Positions 16,663-21,863 of a stretch of 21,863 nt of DNA are shown piece after piece. The position numbers were made by a program, and so were the translations under genes. The notes below the pieces were generated by a model. That model worked only from the letters and a program-made list of their open reading frames with translations. It made no database searches and was not told where the DNA came from. Origin of the DNA: Tolypothrix carrinoi HA7290-LM1 (GTDB lineage Bacteria > Cyanobacteriota > Cyanobacteriia > Cyanobacteriales > Nostocaceae); contig JAHHIK010000128.1 in the NCBI GenBank assembly GCA_019358935.1, positions 1-21,863 on the forward strand, read 5' to 3'. How positions within the stretch are numbered: the stretch's first letter is position 1; every line of letters starts with the position of its first letter.

Positions 16663-17403
16663 TCTCAAACGTATAAGTAAATCATCCAAAGCTGCTTTAC
16701 CCGAAGGTGCTTCAGGTAGTGTACTTGCTTGAGATGCAACTTCCAATTGCTCTGGCAAGCGATTATATTCTTGCTGATAAAAAGAAAAATCAGCATTTGG
16801 CAAAACTGATTTTTCTGCACCTGCAAGCTTCGCTGCGATTAAATCAGGAATATAAGGTAAATTAAAAACTTCATTCAGCTTAACTAAATTCGCTTCTACA
16901 ATTCCAGTTTGCATTAAGTAAATACCAGTCAACAGCACTCGATAAACATAAAGCAACGGTTTGACTCGACGCGGTTGTTCTTTCTCAAACAATTTCCATT
17001 GCGTTGCGGCAAAACCAAAATAATGGTAGCAGTGATGACGAGTAATGCAACCGTCAGCAATAACCTTTAATTCTTCATATTCCGGTGTAGTTTTTAAGAT
17101 TAAAGGTGAATATAATTGCTCTAGCACATAACCATTCTTTTTGAGAAGTAGCAAAAAGAACTTTTTGACATCATGAGTTACCAAATCAATCTCTAAAGAC
17201 TCGCGAATTTCCGACAACTCAATAGTTTCCTGTCCAGTATTTAATCCGACAACTTCGCGCACTGGTAAAATGTGAACACCGCGCAAATCATAATCAGAAT
17301 CAGGTGAGGGAAAACCATATAAATGGGAACCGCTAATAGTAGCGAATAAAAGCGGGTAAGGCTGTTGATAAATAATTGTATTAATTGAATTTGGAATATT
17401 CAT
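16642..17403 (-). CDS. Pol-beta superfamily nucleotidyltransferase (YcgL/RlaP-like)
   Basis: SGSHLYGFPSPDSDYDLRG (GS...DxD), NGYVLEQL and KPLLYVYRVLLTG. Confidence 0.85.
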   Translation of the reverse strand: MNIPNSINTIIYQQPYPLLFATISGSHLYGFPSPDSDYDLRGVHILPVREVVGLNTGQETIELSEIRESLEIDLVTHDVKKFFLLLLKKNGYVLEQLYSPLILKTTPEYEELKVIADGCITRHHCYHYFGFAATQWKLFEKEQPRRVKPLLYVYRVLLTGIYLMQTGIVEANLVKLNEVFNLPYIPDLIAAKLAGAEKSVLPNADFSFYQQEYNRLPEQLEVASQASTLPEAPSGKAALDDLLIRLRVRSYDN

Positions 17404-17445
17404 GTAATAAGCGCTGACTATAAACCTTAATTTATTAAGCTAAAA

Positions 17446-17793
17446 TTAGTAAATACTTTCTGCTTTACAATATATCTTCTTGGGCGCTTCAATAAAGTAT
17501 TTAAATAATGCCGGACATAGCCATCCTTCCATATTTGTTAGAGTCCAACAATACCAATGTCCATTATATTCTTCTTTTAACCAAGTCAATTCTGCTTGAT
17601 AACCAGGAAAAGGATTTGCAGAAAATAAAAGCTTAAACCCTTCATCAACATTGGGAATGTCTTGCACCAAAATGTCAATCATTTCCGGTACACCACTGAC
17701 AAAGGGTTCGTGAACTAATCCGACTCGTTCATCGTCAAACACCCATGTCGAATTATGTCGATAGGGAAAAATCACCATCATTGAATTAGTCAT
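17446..17793 (-). CDS. Conserved hypothetical protein (DUF6717-like)
   Basis: WVFDDERVGLVHEPFV, FSANPFPG and GWLCPALFKYF, recognised from memory of the family. Confidence 0.75.
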   Translation of the reverse strand: MTNSMMVIFPYRHNSTWVFDDERVGLVHEPFVSGVPEMIDILVQDIPNVDEGFKLLFSANPFPGYQAELTWLKEEYNGHWYCWTLTNMEGWLCPALFKYFIEAPKKIYCKAESIY

Positions 17794-17948
17794 AACCTCA
17801 CCATTACAGACAATAATTAATTTAAAAAAATGTTAACTTATGCAAAGAAATAGTAAGTAATTTCAGGAGAGCGATCGCATAGCACAAATAAATCAAATAT
17901 TCATTTAACTCTCAGTTACATAACTCAATTAAAGCAAATACTTAAATT

Positions 17949-18737
17949 ATGTGCCGATTACTTGGCTACCTTGGTTCACCTGTTTCTCTAGAACATCTAT
18001 TATACAAACCAGAACACTCGCTGATAGTCCAGAGTTACCAACCCCGCGAAATGATTTCAGGGGTAGTCAACGCTGATGGCTTTGGTGTTGGCTGGTATCA
18101 TCCGGAAAAAAATACTGAACCCTTTACCTACAAAAATACACTGCCGATTTGGAACGATATTAATCTACCGAGTCTCAGCCGTTTTGTTGAGTCTAAATGT
18201 GTAGTGGCTTACGATCGCAGTGCTACACAAGGTCAAGCATTGGATTTTGCTAATTGCCAACCGTTCAACTATCAAAATTTGCTATTCATTCACAATGGCA
18301 GAATAGAGAATTTCCGCAAAACATTACACAGAAAAATTCGTAGTATTCTAACACCTGAATTTTACGAACTAATCAATGGGAGTACTGATTCTGAGCATAT
18401 TTTTGCGCTAATGCTTTCTCTGTGGCAAGAAAATCAACATCTAACTTTAGAATCTGCTTTACGCAAGACATTATTAACGCTTTTGGATTTAGCCCAACGT
18501 GATGAAGTAGATGTTTCCGCAAATGTGATAATTAGCGATGGACATCGGTTAATTGCTTCACGCTTTGCTTCAAGTTCACCTGCTCCGTCTCTTTACTGGT
18601 TGCGGGACGATCCCATTTTCCCTAACTCGGTAATTATTGCATCTGAACCGCTATTTGCGAGTAATTGGACTGCTTTCCCGGAAAATAGCATTATGACTGT
18701 GGAAGAAGACTGTGATATCCAAATTGAGAAAATCTAA
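17949..18737 (+). CDS. egtC: Gamma-glutamyl-hercynylcysteine sulfoxide hydrolase (Ntn-hydrolase)
   Basis: N-terminal nucleophile MCRL, NADGFGVGWY, NCQPF, HNG, GSTDSE and IASEP; adjacent to egtB and egtD. Confidence 0.92.
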   Translation: MCRLLGYLGSPVSLEHLLYKPEHSLIVQSYQPREMISGVVNADGFGVGWYHPEKNTEPFTYKNTLPIWNDINLPSLSRFVESKCVVAYDRSATQGQALDFANCQPFNYQNLLFIHNGRIENFRKTLHRKIRSILTPEFYELINGSTDSEHIFALMLSLWQENQHLTLESALRKTLLTLLDLAQRDEVDVSANVIISDGHRLIASRFASSSPAPSLYWLRDDPIFPNSVIIASEPLFASNWTAFPENSIMTVEEDCDIQIEKI

Positions 18738-20073
18738 CTTACAACAAGCAATTTCTCTTGCTTTCTATCAATGTCGCGCTAACACTCTGGCTTTGTTCGC
18801 GGATATGGACGAAGCCACATTTCGCTGTCAGGTTCATCCCGATTTTAGCCCTGTAGGGTGGCACTTGGGACATATTGCCTACACCGAGTCTTTATGGCTA
18901 CTAGAACGCAGTGCAGGTAATGCTTGTTTATTTCCGCAATACCGCAAATTTTTTGCCGCTGATGGTTTACCCAAATCACAGCGAGTCCAATTACCAAACC
19001 TGGAAGAAATTTATTATTACTTAGACACAGTTAGAAAACAAGTCTTAGATTACCTAGAAGTAGCTGATTTACATCAGCAAGAGCGTCTTTGGCGCTTTTT
19101 GCTTCAGCACGAAAGCCAACATTGCGAAACGATCGCCTTTTTGTTGGAATTAGCCAAGAGGAATGAACAAGGAGGACAAGGGGACAAGGGGACAAGGGGA
19201 CAAGGAGGACAAGGAAGACAAGGAGGACAAGGAGGAATTTCTTCTTCATCTCCCCCATCCCCCTTATCTCCCCTATCCCCCTTGTCTCCCTCATCCCCAT
19301 CTCTCATCAAAATCCCAGCGGGTGAGTTTGAAATTGGTAGCAATTCGATTGATGCTCTTGATAACGAGCGTCCTGCACATAACGTATATTTAGACACTTA
19401 TTATATTGACCGCTACCCTGTGACTTGCGGGCAGTATCGCGTATTTATGGAAGCGGGAGGCTACGAAAATCCGGGTTTTTGGTCGAAGGCTGGCTGGGAA
19501 TGGTTGCAAATAGAGCAGGTAGGGGAACCGCTTTATTGGCACGATGTTTTATCTGCGGATAATCACCCAGTTTGTGGTGTCAGTTGGTACGAAGCAGAAG
19601 CTTATTGCCGATTTGTCGGTAAGAGATTACCCACAGAAGCGGAGTGGGAAAAAGCAGTTAGTTGGGATGCAGACATGAATTGTCGCCGCATCTATCCTTG
19701 GGGTGATGAAGAACCAACATCGCAACATTGTAATTGCGTTGATGTAGCATCTCCACATAAGAATCGCCTAACTATAAACACAACACCAGTAGATGCTTAC
19801 CCAGAAGGGCAAAGTGCTTATGGTTTGTATGATACTTTGGGTAACGTCTGGGAATGGACTGCATCTTGGTTTGATGGCTACGACGGTTTTGAGATGTATC
19901 CTTATATAGGTTACTCGCAAGTTTATTTTGACCAACAACACCGAGTTTTAAAAGGTGGTAGTTGGGCAACTAGTCCTTTTGCACTGCGTTCTAGTTTTCG
20001 CAACTGGTATCACCCCAGTGTGCGCCAGATTTTTGCGGGGTTTCGATGCGTTTTGGTAATGGGGAATGGGTAA
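18712..20073 (+). CDS. egtB: Ergothioneine sulfoxide synthase (DinB_2 + FGE-sulfatase domains)
   Basis: SPVGWHLGH, iron motif HESQHCE, NERPAH, RLPTEAEWEKA, GNVWEW and FAGFRC; GTG start overlapping egtC. Confidence 0.9.
   Translation: MISKLRKSNLQQAISLAFYQCRANTLALFADMDEATFRCQVHPDFSPVGWHLGHIAYTESLWLLERSAGNACLFPQYRKFFAADGLPKSQRVQLPNLEEIYYYLDTVRKQVLDYLEVADLHQQERLWRFLLQHESQHCETIAFLLELAKRNEQGGQGDKGTRGQGGQGRQGGQGGISSSSPPSPLSPLSPLSPSSPSLIKIPAGEFEIGSNSIDALDNERPAHNVYLDTYYIDRYPVTCGQYRVFMEAGGYENPGFWSKAGWEWLQIEQVGEPLYWHDVLSADNHPVCGVSWYEAEAYCRFVGKRLPTEAEWEKAVSWDADMNCRRIYPWGDEEPTSQHCNCVDVASPHKNRLTINTTPVDAYPEGQSAYGLYDTLGNVWEWTASWFDGYDGFEMYPYIGYSQVYFDQQHRVLKGGSWATSPFALRSSFRNWYHPSVRQIFAGFRCVLVMGNG
19167..19303 (+). 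repeat. In-frame GACAAGG(A/G) / TCCCC repeat tract in the egtB interdomain linker
   Basis: Encodes QGGQGDKGTRGQGGQGRQGGQGGISSSSPPSPLSPLSPLSPSSPS; the two halves are imperfectly complementary. Confidence 0.88.
19739..19762 (-). mobile_element. 24-nt SDR5-like element inserted in a HIP1 site within egtB
   Basis: Minus strand GCGAT[TCTTATGTGGAGATGCTACATCAA]CGC; hairpin GATG-CTA-CATC. Confidence 0.7.
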
Positions 20074-20208
20074 TGGGGAATAGGGAATAGGGAATGGGTA
20101 ATGGGTAATGGGTAATGGGTAATGGGAAAAAACGCACATCACTATTACCAATTCGCAATTCGCAATTCGCAATTACCTATTACCAATTCGCGATTCGCAA
20201 TTCGCAAT
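20055..20208. repeat. STRR heptamer arrays (GGGTAAT/GGGAATA)n and (TTCGCAA)n
   Basis: Read directly; the first array supplies the last codons and stop of egtB. Confidence 0.9.
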
Positions 20209-20369
20209 CCTGGCAAATTTAATGTAAAAACCACAAAACATAGCCTTCATGCTTCTGTAATCTAGCTCAAGCGTGATTTACTTTGATGTCGCTTCGTGTT
20301 TCACTAGCTTTGGTTGGAGGTTTGCACAAAAGACAATGCAACTCATCATACCAAGTCATCGGAGGTTTA

Positions 20370-21404
20370 ATGTCAATATCTAATGCTCTCGGCAGTAAGG
20401 TTACTTCCCAAAATACTATTGAAAAACGCTTAGAAATACAGCGTTTGCTAGAACCAACCTTGGTTGTTTCCTCTAGCGCTGGGAGTGATGTAGTTAAGGG
20501 GTTAACTCAAACACTCAAATCCCTACCCCCTCGTTACTTCTACGACGATCGCGGATCTGAGTTATTTGAGCAAATCTGCGAGTTACCAGAATATTACGTT
20601 ACGCGAACAGAAACGGCAATTTTACAAAAGTGTGCGGGTGAAATTGCCAAAATTACAGGGGATTGCGAACTGGTGGAACTTGGCAGCGGTAGCTCAACCA
20701 AAACCCGTATTATACTCGATGCGTACAAGCAGTTAGGCTATCCTTTGCGTTATCTGCCGATTGACGTGAGTGCAGGTATGTTAGAAACTAGTGCCAAGCA
20801 GCTATTAACAGATTATCCCTCATTGCAAGTTCATGCGATCGCCGGAACTTATGAAATGGCACTAGCGCAACTGATACCAAAGCAATTACCCAGCAGAATG
20901 ATTTGTTTCATCGGTAGCACGTTGGGTAATCTCAATCCTCAAGAGTGTGATGTGTTTTTATCGGAAATTAAAGATGCTTTGCAAGTGGGAGAGTATTTTT
21001 TATTAGGGGTAGACTTGCAAAAACCGAAACACATCTTAGAAGCAGCTTATGACGATAGCCAAGGTGTAACGGCAGCGTTTAACCTGAATATGTTGGATCA
21101 TTTAAATCGACGGTTTGAGGGCAATTTTGACACAACGCAGTTTGAACATTTAGCGTTTTATAATGAAACTGAAAATCAGATTGAGATGCATTTGAAAAGT
21201 ATGTGCGAGCAAACTGTGGAATTACGCGCTCTCAATCTCAATGTTCATTTTCAGCAAAATGAAACAATCCTCACGGAAATTTCCCGTAAATTCGACATCA
21301 ATATTATTAAGCAGCAACTTGCAGCAAAAGGTTTGATACCGCTTGATGTGTGGAAAGATGCAAATCAGTGGTTTGGTTTGTTACTTTGCCAATTGCAAGC
21401 ATAG
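20370..21404 (+). CDS. egtD: L-histidine N-alpha-methyltransferase
   Basis: KSLPPRYFYDDRGSELFEQICELPEYY, VELGSGSSTKT, GSTLGN, AYDDSQGVTAAFNLN and TEISRKF. Start placed at the ATG at 20370, after GGAGG (20361..20365). Confidence 0.95.
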   Translation: MSISNALGSKVTSQNTIEKRLEIQRLLEPTLVVSSSAGSDVVKGLTQTLKSLPPRYFYDDRGSELFEQICELPEYYVTRTETAILQKCAGEIAKITGDCELVELGSGSSTKTRIILDAYKQLGYPLRYLPIDVSAGMLETSAKQLLTDYPSLQVHAIAGTYEMALAQLIPKQLPSRMICFIGSTLGNLNPQECDVFLSEIKDALQVGEYFLLGVDLQKPKHILEAAYDDSQGVTAAFNLNMLDHLNRRFEGNFDTTQFEHLAFYNETENQIEMHLKSMCEQTVELRALNLNVHFQQNETILTEISRKFDINIIKQQLAAKGLIPLDVWKDANQWFGLLLCQLQA

Positions 21405-21420
21405 ATAACAGCTGAGGAGA

Positions 21421-21446
21421 GTAGAGACGTTACATGTAACGTCTCT
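21421..21446. repeat. REP-like palindrome AGAGACGTTAC-AT-GTAACGTCTCT after egtD (possible terminator)
   Basis: Perfect inverted repeat; same family as 16556..16583 and the seed of the 1586 array. Confidence 0.75.
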
Positions 21447-21532
21447 TTGTAATAGCATTAAATTAAGTGCAAATTTCATGCATAATAACTTCTATGCTAA
21501 ACATAAGTCGAGATATCCATTCACTCCGCTCA

Positions 21533-21713
21533 ACGCCAGGTCGCCCAAGTCGGGAGACCCGACGGCAGGTGCTACAACGGGGGGAACCCCAACGCCAGAT
21601 GCCTCAACGGAACGGCAGTCGCTACAACGCGGGGAACCCGCGCAACGCGCTGCCTCGGGAACCTCCGCACGGCACTGGCTCCGCAACGCACTGCCTCCCC
21701 AAGCGACTGGCTC
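21533..21713 (+). mobile_element. Four SDR/NIS-like ~45-nt hairpin elements nested inside one another
   Basis: Left ends at 21533, 21562, 21592 and 21612; matching right ends at 21713, 21697, 21681 and 21656; stems covary. Confidence 0.88.
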
Positions 21714-21863
21714 AACTTTTCGCAAAATCCAAAATGGTATTAACCCAAGTTGCGGGTTATCGATTGATACGGCTTGTGATCACTCAATTCATGCGATCGC
21801 GTACAACAAAGTGGCGTTGGTGCGTAGCGCCAACGTGCCGATGCCGTTGTTACCAGTATTCAG

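Noticed and set aside
20283..20369. Longer egtD start
   Set aside because: TTG start; a strong GGAGG precedes the ATG at 20370
17949..21404. Selenoneine or ovothiol pathway instead of ergothioneine
   Set aside because: egtC and egtD flank the gene, no senB/senC is seen, and there is no C-terminal methyltransferase as in OvoA
21492..21863. 77-aa ORF and a possible gene at the right edge
   Set aside because: The ORF is translated nested repeats; I recognise no protein in any frame of the last 130 bp, only a hairpin (CGTTGGTGC-GTA-GCGCCAACG)

Overview
A 21.9-kb chromosomal region from a filamentous, most likely heterocyst-forming (Nostocales-type) cyanobacterium. This assignment rests on about 20 HIP1 octamers (GCGATCGC), heptamer/nonamer STRR arrays and SDR-type mini-elements. 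The right three-quarters is mostly core: ispH, an SGNH hydrolase, amtB with an NtcA box, purE, nagA, chlM, two paralogous membrane-protein genes split by a decayed Phd/RelE toxin-antitoxin pair, DUF423, a nucleotidyltransferase plus a DUF6717-like gene, and the ergothioneine genes egtC-egtB-egtD. The left 6.2 kb is accessory: a truncated trpB2 (probably interrupted by an IS607-like element at the window edge), a SAM methyltransferase, a broken hicB, and a co-oriented two-gene cassette. That cassette is the best candidate for a new system. A cytoplasmic subtilisin (S8) protease is followed by a NACHT/STAND (NLR-like) ATPase whose N-terminal effector slot holds a ~130-aa domain resembling a subtilisin propeptide/inhibitor-I9 domain, with visible similarity to the neighbouring protease's own prodomain. 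The ATPase C-terminal region carries a 74-aa (Ala-X)37 hexanucleotide repeat. Other notable structures are a four-level nested stack of ~45-nt hairpin elements, two in-frame 24-nt insertions splitting HIP1 sites inside nagA and egtB, and a tandem duplication of a gene 3' end. All assignments are from motif recognition by eye; no searches were run.
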